DNA of 64,000 nucleotides from Desulfatiglandales bacterium (GTDB lineage: Bacteria; Desulfobacterota; DSM-4660; Desulfatiglandales; Desulfatiglandaceae): contig OY759599.1 in the NCBI GenBank assembly GCA_963662465.1, positions 608,001-672,000 of the forward strand. Direction: 5' to 3'. Made by a program: the position numbers and the translations under genes. Below are positions 21,414 to 30,618 of the stretch, in pieces (the stretch's first letter is position 1; every line of letters starts with the position of its first letter). Below the pieces are notes generated by a model. It was not told the origin of the DNA. It did not search any database and was given only the letters and a program-made list of their open reading frames with translations.

Positions 21414-22007
21414 CTATCGCTTTAGCGCATCCCAGCATGCCTCAACGGTTTTTTGAACCGTCCGGGAATCCAGATCAAACAACCCGAAAGATACGTCCCG
21501 AACCAAAAACACGATGGGGCCAAAGGCCAATGACATTAACACCGGCAAGGGCAGATCCTTAAGAATCTGCTGCGCCCTGGCCGATTCGAGCAGGGCGTGT
21601 ACCGGATTGAAATTATTTGTGCCCTTTTGGGTCCGGTCGACCACCAGCATATCCCGCTTGTGGGAAATGCCAAAGGGAGAATTGAAATACTGTTCGTTAA
21701 ACCTTTGGAATTTCGGATTTTCCAGCAAAAAATGAAAGAGATTGAACCCCAGCCGAAGGTATCGTTCTCGAATGGGCGCTTTGGGATCATGATCCCTTAG
21801 AATCGCCTTGCTTATTTCGTCCGCCACATATCGAAACACCTGATGAATCAGGGCCTCCTTGTCCTTAAAATGGCGATAGATGGAACCTTCTCCCACGCCG
21901 GCTTTTGATGCGATCATGGAAGTGGGGGCGCCATGAAATCCATTTTCGGCGATGAGCTCAAGCGCCGCTTCCACGATCACACGCGATTTATTCGGTTTCT
22001 CCGCCAT
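21414..22007 (-). CDS. TetR/AcrR-family transcriptional regulator
   Basis: AALELIAENGFHGAPTSMIASKAGVGEGSIYRHFKDKEAL HTH. Confidence 0.95.
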   Translation of the reverse strand: MAEKPNKSRVIVEAALELIAENGFHGAPTSMIASKAGVGEGSIYRHFKDKEALIHQVFRYVADEISKAILRDHDPKAPIRERYLRLGFNLFHFLLENPKFQRFNEQYFNSPFGISHKRDMLVVDRTQKGTNNFNPVHALLESARAQQILKDLPLPVLMSLAFGPIVFLVRDVSFGLFDLDSRTVQKTVEACWDALKR

Positions 22008-22025
22008 TTTATTCTCCTTCCAGCT

Positions 22026-22047
22026 ACGGAGTGACTAATCACTCCGT
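22026..22047. promoter_or_regulatory. Putative TetR autoregulatory operator
   Basis: Palindrome ACGGAGTGACTAATCACTCCGT between a minus-strand TTGACA (22070-22075) and the start codon. Confidence 0.7.
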
Positions 22048-22148
22048 TTTTATGCCTTAAATAAACCGTTGTCAAGAAAAAATGAAAAGATTCAACCTTG
22101 CCAACCTAAATCGGGGTAGGCGTTCACGGGTTTATCGCTTCCCTGTTA

Positions 22149-23927
22149 TCAGTCCGGTTTTGTAAAGCATACCCTTTCAAATCCCAGGGCCACGACAACA
22201 AATTTCTGCAAACGCAGGTTTCCATGTCTTTGCGCAAGCTGGTTTCCGTATTCCCGCACCTGCTTTTCGCCATCTTTTATCAGCCTTGCAATTTCGGGAA
22301 GTTGTTTTAACGCATTTTCGGAAAGCTTCTTTGCCTGGTCAGCGCTCATCCCGGCATTTTTGAGCTTTACAAACTTGAACTCAATCAAGACATCAAATAT
22401 CTTGCCATATCTCTTATCCGGTCTGATGATCATGGTCAAATCGGCATATCTGCGGCTGATCTCGGTTTCGGAGTCCATGATATAGATAATATCATTGTAA
22501 AGCAGGGTCAAAAACGCGGTCTTTAATGTCAGCTCATTTGCCCATCTGTAATCTCGGTTATGAAAGACCTTGAAATATCTCTCTTCCATGAATTTGCACA
22601 GCGGCGCCATATCTCCTTTTCCGTATACTTTTTCCGCGGCAAGCTTTCCATCATCCCTGTCTTCAGGCTCCGGCAGAAGCATTTTTTGAACCCGCTCCAC
22701 ATAAAGACTCTGCATCACCAAATTGGGAACTTTTAAAATAACCTTAAGGTCTTCAGTATCGCCTGCAATCGTCAGCACCCCAAAATAATAGAGAAAAGAT
22801 GCCAGAAATGTATTGTCCTTTGATTTGTCCGTCAGCATCTCCCGGATGCCAAAGCGCTTACTGATTCTGGATGCAATTACCTGCCGATCTTTTTCCATCA
22901 ATCTCATCAGAAGATCTCTTCCACTGGGAATTTGAGCAATATATTCAAGCTTTGATTCATCCACCGCAAGATTGTCATCCAGCATTTCCCTCGGATAGCC
23001 GCATGTTTTTTTGAATTGTTCAAAAAAATATAAGCAAAGCGTCGGATTATAAATATGCTCATCTGCTGCATGGGAAAAAACATAGCCGTTGTAATAAGTT
23101 TGCATCAAATTTACGGCTTCCCGGATCTTCTCCTTTTCAAAGCCGCATTTATCGACAATCTGCTTAAGTACATCTTCAATTTCATCCTGCTTAAACCCGC
23201 ACAGATCATTAAATTCAGGCTCAAAATAGATATTTTTTGCAATATTATATCCGCTGGTAATATCGCTCATCACAACAGGCGAAACCCCTGTTATGAAAAC
23301 GCGGTCCAACATGGAACCTGAAGTGGAAGATTTTACAGCCTTAAAAAAAGTTCTTAAAATGCCTTCGTCATACACAAGCGCTTCATATCTGTTTCCGGCA
23401 CTCTGTACCCCCATCATCACGGTATTGGCAAAATTGTCATATTCATCTATGAGTAAATAAACAGGGTGCGGACTCATGCGAACTGCGCCGGCAAGGGATT
23501 TAAGGGAACTTATGGCATTATTTCCGTTCACTTCAATATCAGGAAGATGATACCTTCCGTAATAGAGAATAAATTCTTTGATGCAGTCATTAATATGATC
23601 GAACAGAACCTGTTTCACCTCTTCAGCGCTCCCGGTAGGATCAACGCAGGAAAAGTCAAATTTCAAAATAAAATATGAATTGTGCAATTCCGTAGGATTC
23701 TTACCGATTTTTAGCCCGCCAAAAATCGTTTCAAACTCATCCTTTTTTGCCACGTCATAATAGTTTTCCAGCATTGAAAGCACAAGACTCTTGCCGAAAC
23801 GCCTGGGACGGATGAACAGTTGAGATTTTGTATTCTCAAGCAGCGGTATTTTATCTGTCCTGTCACAATAAAAATACCCTTCCGTGACAAGACTTTTAAA
23901 ATCAGAGATACCATATGGATATTTCAT
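22149..23927 (-). CDS. AAA-ATPase_like protein with C-terminal PD-(D/E)xK domain
   Basis: YPYGISDF, RPRRFGKSL, LIDEYD, FITGVSP, YNGY, ADL…IEFK. Confidence 0.9.
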   Translation of the reverse strand: MKYPYGISDFKSLVTEGYFYCDRTDKIPLLENTKSQLFIRPRRFGKSLVLSMLENYYDVAKKDEFETIFGGLKIGKNPTELHNSYFILKFDFSCVDPTGSAEEVKQVLFDHINDCIKEFILYYGRYHLPDIEVNGNNAISSLKSLAGAVRMSPHPVYLLIDEYDNFANTVMMGVQSAGNRYEALVYDEGILRTFFKAVKSSTSGSMLDRVFITGVSPVVMSDITSGYNIAKNIYFEPEFNDLCGFKQDEIEDVLKQIVDKCGFEKEKIREAVNLMQTYYNGYVFSHAADEHIYNPTLCLYFFEQFKKTCGYPREMLDDNLAVDESKLEYIAQIPSGRDLLMRLMEKDRQVIASRISKRFGIREMLTDKSKDNTFLASFLYYFGVLTIAGDTEDLKVILKVPNLVMQSLYVERVQKMLLPEPEDRDDGKLAAEKVYGKGDMAPLCKFMEERYFKVFHNRDYRWANELTLKTAFLTLLYNDIIYIMDSETEISRRYADLTMIIRPDKRYGKIFDVLIEFKFVKLKNAGMSADQAKKLSENALKQLPEIARLIKDGEKQVREYGNQLAQRHGNLRLQKFVVVALGFERVCFTKPD

Positions 23928-24149
23928 TATTCAATCCTCCTCCCATTATGCAGCGTCTTTGAGACAATGGAGTGATATGCCTTTTTATTTGTAAGCTTAT
24001 CAGATTCCTGTAGTTTTTCAATCGTATTTATGCCTATTGCGCATAAATCTAAATGTTGTGGGGTTGTATAATCTATCAAAATCCAGATCTTTTTCCCGAA
24101 CATCTTGCATCGGATGAAAAACATTCCCATTTAAAGGAAAAGAAAGTAT

Positions 24150-24413
24150 ATGTGGCTACAACGGTCGGCATTAAGGGTTTCTTTAACTGAAGATGCCGGA
24201 GAGAATGGCTTGACGGAAGTTTATGGTAAATTAAAGGACGAAGCTCTCAACTTAAATCTGGAATATGCACCGAAATCCGTCAACACCGATGCATGGAAGG
24301 CTACGATAAAATCCTGGAAATTATTATTTCCGAATATCTTTGTTATTTGCTGTTTTATGCATGAGTTCATCTACATTCGCGGTCGAGGGTCAATGAGGCG
24401 ATTGGAGAAATAG
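24150..24413 (+). mobile_element. Internal fragment of a DDE transposase
   Basis: YAPKSVNTDAWKAT…LFP…ICCFMH resembles the TD…C.FH region of IS256-like or unclassified transposases; no termini seen. Confidence 0.55.
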
Positions 24414-24414
24414 A

Positions 24415-27036
24415 ATGGAAGAATTGCAGCAAAATCCATTATCTCAAAACAATTTCAAAAAAGTTCCCGGGATAACGCCCCTACTGAACACCATTCATCC
24501 GTTCATCCTGGGGCAAACCAGGATGAACCGGTTAAAAAGACTCTTTGAAATGGCGCCGGCATATGCTTGCCTGGATCTATTTGATGCCGCAGTTTGTGAT
24601 TTGCGCGAGAAAATTTTTGCCGTCGGGTTTGATAATGCCCGAAAAAAGGCTGAGGAAGCAGCACTTCTCCGAATCGATCATCCCATGGCGTTGGAACACT
24701 ACCCGATCCAGGGGTTGGTGGATCTGGCCTATGCCAGTGGGATTCTGATCCAAACCCATTGGGAAAACCTCTGCCGATGCAGGGGAATCGTTCAAAGCAT
24801 GGGGCTGCAAGATTGCGATTGTAAAATAGGGGAAGACGACGCTTTTTTTCTCTGCAAAACATGCGTTGAGACCCTCTTGATCCGGGAAGCGGCTCCATCC
24901 GGTGTGTTGGATCATGAAAAAAGAGATCCGACGCCCATTTCATGGGCGTCTTCTCTTGGAAAAAACAGGGACGAAAGATGGGCGTCATCGACTGCCGACA
25001 CTGTTCTGGAGCATAAAACAGGGGAATGCGAAGCCAACCTTTTGGAATCGATCCTTGATGCCATGCAGGAAATGATTGTCTATTATGATGGCGAACTGAA
25101 TGTCATATGGGCGAATCGGGCCGCCGCGGAATTTGCCGGGCTCAATCGAGAAGAGATGTTCGGGAAGAATTTTTACAGTGTGGCCTGCCAACAAGAGGAA
25201 CCCTGCGAAGGATGCCCGGTCGTCAGGGGCCTTTCATCTGATTATGTCGAGGCCATCGATAACAACCTGTTTATAGGGCGGTTGTTTTTTACCCGATCTT
25301 TACCGGTTTTTTGCGGCAATAAAAAATTGCCGGGCAGGCTTCTGGTGGCCCAGGATATATCGGGGCTGAGAAATCGATTTGGCGTGACCGACATCCTAAA
25401 TGATATTTCGGAGATTTTTCATTCGCCTAAGCGTCTTCCGGAAATGTGTGAAGAAGTGGTTAAAACGATCGTTTCAAAATTCGATTTTCCCGCCGGTTAC
25501 ATCACGCTATACGACGAGACGGCTCAGGAGATCGTGAATTTGGGAGAAATTGACTTGACGGGAAAATTGCTTCCCCTGCCGAAGCGCTTGCCGCCTTTTA
25601 GAAGTTTTTCGGCAAAGGTCATGGAAGATGGGTTTCCCCTCAATGTGACCGGACTGAGCAAGATGGCGGATTTTTCGGGATATGCTTTGAAAGAGGCCGG
25701 GGCTGAAACCGTCCTTGCCGTCCCCTTGAATGTTGAAACAAATACCATCGGGGCCATTGTCCTGGTTGATCTTGTCGAGCGGCTGGAAACCGATCTGATG
25801 ATTGACGGATTTCAGGCCGTCGCAAACCGTCTCGGCGCCGAGATCAACAAAAAGCAGACCGAAGAAAAATTAAGGGAAGAACGCAATTTCACCATGGCCG
25901 TTCTGAATAGCGCCGGCCCGTTCATCCTGATCCTGGATACGGAAGGACGGATTGTCCGCTTCAATAAGGCCGGAGAGAAATTAACCGGTTATGCCTTTGA
26001 GGAGGCGGCGGGGAGACCCATCTGGGACTTTTTTCAGGATCCGAAGGAAAGTGGCTTTATCCGAAAGATGTTCCCGCTGAAAGGCGAAACGACGGCAGGA
26101 TCTTCTTTCGAGAATTGGGTGATTGCCAAAGATGGGAAAAGACGTTTGGTATCCTGGTCAAACAGCATCATGGGAGACCCGAAGGATAAGAAGGTGCATG
26201 TTGTTTGCATCGGCGTTGATATCACGGATAAACGAAAGGCCGAAGAGGAAGCCGAACTTAGGCGCCGACAGCTTCTGGATGCGGACAAGATGGCTTCCCT
26301 TGGCATGCTGGCGTCAGGGGTCGCCCACGAGATCAACAATCCGAACAATTTTATCATGATGAATGCGCCGATCCTTAGAGCCGTATGGGAAGACGTCTCT
26401 CCGATTCTGAATGAATATTATGCCAAATGCGGGGACTTCATGTTGGCCAACATCCCTTTTTCAGAAATGTGTGGAGAGGTCCCCAAACTTTTTGACGGCA
26501 TCGAGGACGGATCACGTCGCATCCGGCAGATTATCCTGAACATGAAAAATTATACCCGAAGAGACGCCTTGGATATGGGTCAAGAGGTCCATGTGAACGA
26601 TGCCATCATAGCCGCCCTGGGGCTGCTGTCCCATCTCATCAAAAAGTCCACCCAATCGGTTTTAAACTTCAACCCCAAGAGACTCCCCCCTGTCAGGGGA
26701 AATCAACAGCGGTTGGAGCAAGTGGTCGTTAACCTCGTTCAAAATGCCTGCCAGGCCCTGCCTGACCGAAAAAAAAAGATTTTCATTGTCGCCTCTCTTG
26801 ATGAAGAAAAAAATGAAGTCGTCGTATGTGTGGCGGATGAAGGCGTCGGCATCCGTCCTGAACATATGGCGCAGATCTTTGACCCATTTTTTACCACGAA
26901 ATTAGAAACGGGGGGAACGGGTCTCGGTCTCTCGGTCTGCCTCAGTATTGTGAAAGAACATAACGGAAGACTGGAATTCACTTCGGAAACCGGAAAGGGA
27001 ACTCGGGCATATCTCTCATTGCCGGTAATTCGGTAG
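24415..27036 (+). CDS. PAS/GAF sensor histidine kinase (start uncertain)
   Basis: Two PAS-like regions, GAF, H-box GVAHEINNP, N-box NLVQNA, DEGVG, FFTTK, GTGLGL. Confidence 0.92.
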   Translation: MEELQQNPLSQNNFKKVPGITPLLNTIHPFILGQTRMNRLKRLFEMAPAYACLDLFDAAVCDLREKIFAVGFDNARKKAEEAALLRIDHPMALEHYPIQGLVDLAYASGILIQTHWENLCRCRGIVQSMGLQDCDCKIGEDDAFFLCKTCVETLLIREAAPSGVLDHEKRDPTPISWASSLGKNRDERWASSTADTVLEHKTGECEANLLESILDAMQEMIVYYDGELNVIWANRAAAEFAGLNREEMFGKNFYSVACQQEEPCEGCPVVRGLSSDYVEAIDNNLFIGRLFFTRSLPVFCGNKKLPGRLLVAQDISGLRNRFGVTDILNDISEIFHSPKRLPEMCEEVVKTIVSKFDFPAGYITLYDETAQEIVNLGEIDLTGKLLPLPKRLPPFRSFSAKVMEDGFPLNVTGLSKMADFSGYALKEAGAETVLAVPLNVETNTIGAIVLVDLVERLETDLMIDGFQAVANRLGAEINKKQTEEKLREERNFTMAVLNSAGPFILILDTEGRIVRFNKAGEKLTGYAFEEAAGRPIWDFFQDPKESGFIRKMFPLKGETTAGSSFENWVIAKDGKRRLVSWSNSIMGDPKDKKVHVVCIGVDITDKRKAEEEAELRRRQLLDADKMASLGMLASGVAHEINNPNNFIMMNAPILRAVWEDVSPILNEYYAKCGDFMLANIPFSEMCGEVPKLFDGIEDGSRRIRQIILNMKNYTRRDALDMGQEVHVNDAIIAALGLLSHLIKKSTQSVLNFNPKRLPPVRGNQQRLEQVVVNLVQNACQALPDRKKKIFIVASLDEEKNEVVVCVADEGVGIRPEHMAQIFDPFFTTKLETGGTGLGLSVCLSIVKEHNGRLEFTSETGKGTRAYLSLPVIR

Positions 27037-27096
27037 GCATTGTTCCAGAACGACCCTTTCCATTTATTTACGATAAAACAGGAGATTCCCTCATTG

Positions 27097-28515
27097 ATGC
27101 ACAAGAAAGGTAAAAACCCTCAGCACCCCATCCTCATCGTTGATGATGAAGCGCATGCCATAAAGAGTTTTGAACTCACGCTGCGCTCAAGCGGATTCAA
27201 TCATATTAGACCCTGTTCCGAAAGCTTGAAAGTCTATGAAATTTTGGAACAGGGAGAGATCGAAGTGATCCTCCTCGATTTGATGATGCCGGATCTTTCA
27301 GGCGAGGAGATCCTGGCAAAAGTCGTCAAGGATTTTCCGGAAATTCCCGTCATCATGGCAACGGGCGTCAATGAGGTCGAGACGGCCGTGAGATGCATGC
27401 AGGGGGGGGCCTTTGACTATGTCTTGAAACCCGTTGACAGGGAACGGCTTATACCGAGTATTCAAAGAGCCATTGAGGTGCGCCGGCTCAGGAGCGAGAA
27501 TGCCAGACTGACCCGGTGTTTTTTCTCCGATTCTCTGGAACACCCTGGAAATTTTTTAAAGATTATCACCCGAAATCGCAAGATGAGGGCCATATTCCAA
27601 TATTGTGAAGCCATCGCCGGGGGAAGCTACCCCGTACTTATATTCGGCGAAACCGGCACGGGGAAAGAACTCATTGCAGAGGCGCTTCATACGGCAAGCG
27701 GCAGGGAAGGGCTTTTCGTGGCGGTTAACGCAGCGGGTCTGGACGACAATATGTTTTCGGACACCCTGTTCGGTCATATCAAAGGCGCCTTCACCAACGC
27801 CGCCCAGGTGCGGGCCGGCCAGATAGAACATGCCGCGGGAGGGACTCTCTTCCTGGATGAAATCGGCGATCTTAGTTTGAACTCGCAGGTAAAGCTCCTG
27901 CGGGTTCTCGACAAGCAGGAATACTTTCCTTTGGGGTCGGACATGGCAAGACCGGTGGATGCAAGATTCCTCTTCGCAACCCACAAAGACCTTTCCCAAT
28001 TGGTGAAAGAAGGGCGTTTTCGCGAAGACCTCTTCTACAGACTCCGCACTCACCGGATACAATTGCCGCCTCTGCGGGAGCGGATGGATGATATCCCGCT
28101 CTTTCTGGTGCATTTTATGGATGAGGCCGCCAAAGAGTTCAAAAAGAAAAAACCGACTTACCATCAGGGGCTGGTGGAACTCCTTCAAAGCTATCATTTT
28201 CCCGGCAATGTGAGAGAACTGCGCGCCATGATTTTCGACGCCGTGGGAAGACACAAGTCAAAGATGCTTTCCACAAAAACCTTCCGGAACGCCATAGCGG
28301 ACAGCATGAGTACCCGATCCGCTTCTTTCGTTCCCCTTGCCGCATCCAGTGCCTCCTGGTTGACGCATTTGGAACAGCTTCCTACCTTAAAAGAGGCTTC
28401 CGACGTCCTGATTCAGGAGGCATTGCGCCGCGCCAAGAATAACCAGCGGGTAGCCGCCTTGGCCCTCGGCATAACCCCCCAGGCTTTGAATCAGAGGCTC
28501 AAAAGACAATCATGA
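27097..28515 (+). CDS. Sigma-54-dependent response regulator (NtrC family)
   Basis: Receiver IVDD…LLDLMMP, GETGTGKE, GAFTNA, FLDEIG, FPGNVREL, Fis-type HTH. Confidence 0.95.
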   Translation: MHKKGKNPQHPILIVDDEAHAIKSFELTLRSSGFNHIRPCSESLKVYEILEQGEIEVILLDLMMPDLSGEEILAKVVKDFPEIPVIMATGVNEVETAVRCMQGGAFDYVLKPVDRERLIPSIQRAIEVRRLRSENARLTRCFFSDSLEHPGNFLKIITRNRKMRAIFQYCEAIAGGSYPVLIFGETGTGKELIAEALHTASGREGLFVAVNAAGLDDNMFSDTLFGHIKGAFTNAAQVRAGQIEHAAGGTLFLDEIGDLSLNSQVKLLRVLDKQEYFPLGSDMARPVDARFLFATHKDLSQLVKEGRFREDLFYRLRTHRIQLPPLRERMDDIPLFLVHFMDEAAKEFKKKKPTYHQGLVELLQSYHFPGNVRELRAMIFDAVGRHKSKMLSTKTFRNAIADSMSTRSASFVPLAASSASWLTHLEQLPTLKEASDVLIQEALRRAKNNQRVAALALGITPQALNQRLKRQS

Positions 28516-28574
28516 TAATGCAGGCCCTTTATAGACCATTGCCTTTCGGTGTTTCCCGATCCGCCAAAAACTGC

Positions 28575-28773
28575 ATCAAGATTTATTGATATATCAAGAA
28601 ATCTTGATGATCTCTCATCGTCTTTTTATTCCATTCGCACCCCTAAATTTTCAGTATCCCCATCAATATATATTGCCAGGGTTTCGCTGTGTCATCAGTG
28701 GCAAGAAAGCCCTGTAAACCATTAAATTAAAAATAAAAATGATCCTGTTTTGCTGTTTGGCACGCTTATTTCA
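28575..28773 (+). promoter_or_regulatory. Sigma-54 promoter with tandem upstream activator palindromes
   Basis: TGGCAC-N5-TTTCA at 28758-28773; ATCAAGATTTATTGAT (28575) and ATCAAGAAATCTTGAT (28593). Confidence 0.7.
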
Positions 28774-28833
28774 TTAAGATCAGTGATATTTACATGAATC
28801 CCCCGCGGAATCATTTTTGAAAGGAGATGAGCG

Positions 28834-29193
28834 ATGCCCAAAACCATTATTCTTTACAATTTGAAAGAAGGCGTCAGTGATGAAGATTATAAAAAATGGT
28901 GTGAAACCTACAAAGGCCCCCTGCTGCTATCACTGAATGCTTCAAAATCTTTCACCCTGGTCAGAATGTTAGGGGGGATAAAAGGCGATGGCCGGAAAAA
29001 CGAGCCTCCCCAAGAAACGGCTTCTCCGTTCAATTATATCGGAATCCTGGATGTAGCGGACCTGGCGGAAGCCAAAAAGGACACTGAAACCAAAGCGTTC
29101 AGGGAGGATTTTTTTCCGCAATGGCTTTCCGACTGGGTTGCTGATTTCTATGTTTTGGTGGGTGATGAGGTTTACGAAAAACAAAGCGATTAA
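28834..29193 (+). CDS. Small hypothetical protein (EthD/dimeric alpha-beta barrel-like)
   Basis: RBS AAGGAG; IILYNLKEGVSDEDYKKW pattern; first gene after the sigma-54 promoter. Confidence 0.7.
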   Translation: MPKTIILYNLKEGVSDEDYKKWCETYKGPLLLSLNASKSFTLVRMLGGIKGDGRKNEPPQETASPFNYIGILDVADLAEAKKDTETKAFREDFFPQWLSDWVADFYVLVGDEVYEKQSD

Positions 29194-29262
29194 TTCGGGA
29201 TCAGATTTCTGGAAGGGATGTCGTTTTATTTTAGGCGTTTAAAAAAAACAGGAGGATCAAGT

Positions 29263-30495
29263 ATGCCAAGACAGCATTTGGACATTTTTTTATCCAAAGA
29301 AGACTACATGATGAGGGATATGGTTCGCAGTTTCGTAGACAAAGAAATCATGCCGGTTCGTCAGAAACTAGACGACGACAAGGACCACGAGATTGTAAAC
29401 AAAATTCTTCAGGGCATTACCGATCTTGGGCTCCCGAAAGCTGCTTTCCCTCCGGAGTACGGTGGAATGGGCGCCAAATCGGTCTTACCGGTTTGCATAT
29501 TGCATGAAGAGCTTTCCCGGGGCGATAGCGGCATATGCACTGCCTTTGGTGTTACCGGATGGGCATGGATTCCGGCCCTTGCGGCAGAAAACAAGGCCGT
29601 GCTGGATTGTTTTGCACCGGAGTTCTGTGGAGATAAGCTCAGGCTGGGCTGTTTTTCCATGACGGAGCCCGGCGGTTCCCATGGAGGCGGCGGCTGCGAC
29701 ATTGAAAACTTGGATCTTGAAGGCCGAAAGATCAAAACCAGAGCCGTACTTGATGGAGATGAATGGGTGATCAACGGCCAGAAAATGTGGCCATCCAACA
29801 GCGGCATCGCCGACCTTTACTGTGTGGTCTGCACAACCGATCCTGAGCTGGGAGACGACGGCGTCGCCTTGATTTATGTGCCCAAGGGAACTCCGGGTGT
29901 TTCCTTTGGCAAGAACGAAGCTAAGGCCGGCATGAGGTCGGATAAGAATCATCCCATGTTTCTGGAAAATGTGAGAGTGCCGAAGGAATGGCGGGCCGCC
30001 GGACCGGGCGTGGATGCCGAACTGCTGCATAATAATCTGGTTGTCGGACGGATTGTTTCTGCTGCATCGGCGATCGGCCAGGCCCAGGGCGCCTTTGAGA
30101 CCGTTTTGAAGTATACGGGAGAGCGGATTGTGGCGAATAAACCCATCCGGCAACATTCCATGGCCGCCGGTATTCTGGCGGATATGGCCATCGGCATAGA
30201 GACGGCCCGCTGGTCTTATTTGGCAGTGGCTTATATGTACGATCACCCGGACATCTATGGCGCGCCTACGTCGAATTTCATGCTTTCCAGAGGAAGCGCC
30301 GCGAAAGTGTACGCCTGCGACATAGCCGTGTCGGTTTGCAATAAGGCCATGGAACTGATGGGCGCCTTCGGTTACGTCCGGGATTACGATGTAGAGAAAT
30401 ACTGGCGGGATTGTAAAATGATCCAATTATGGGAGGGTGGCGCTCAAATGGGACGTCTTGACGTATGCCGAGCTTACTATGATTTAGATCTTTAG
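29263..30495 (+). CDS. Acyl-CoA dehydrogenase
   Basis: FSMTEPG, WVINGQKMWPSN, MELMGAFGYVRDYDVEKYWRD…QLWEG. Confidence 0.95.
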   Translation: MPRQHLDIFLSKEDYMMRDMVRSFVDKEIMPVRQKLDDDKDHEIVNKILQGITDLGLPKAAFPPEYGGMGAKSVLPVCILHEELSRGDSGICTAFGVTGWAWIPALAAENKAVLDCFAPEFCGDKLRLGCFSMTEPGGSHGGGGCDIENLDLEGRKIKTRAVLDGDEWVINGQKMWPSNSGIADLYCVVCTTDPELGDDGVALIYVPKGTPGVSFGKNEAKAGMRSDKNHPMFLENVRVPKEWRAAGPGVDAELLHNNLVVGRIVSAASAIGQAQGAFETVLKYTGERIVANKPIRQHSMAAGILADMAIGIETARWSYLAVAYMYDHPDIYGAPTSNFMLSRGSAAKVYACDIAVSVCNKAMELMGAFGYVRDYDVEKYWRDCKMIQLWEGGAQMGRLDVCRAYYDLDL

Positions 30496-30618
30496 CAAAT
30501 GGACGCGAACCCGCAACCAGATCAAAATGGAAGAGATCCATATCCGGAAATCGTCGTGGTTCGCGCGTATCATGGCGGAAAGCATATCTGCGGCAATTGG
30601 ATTGAATGGAGGGAATGA

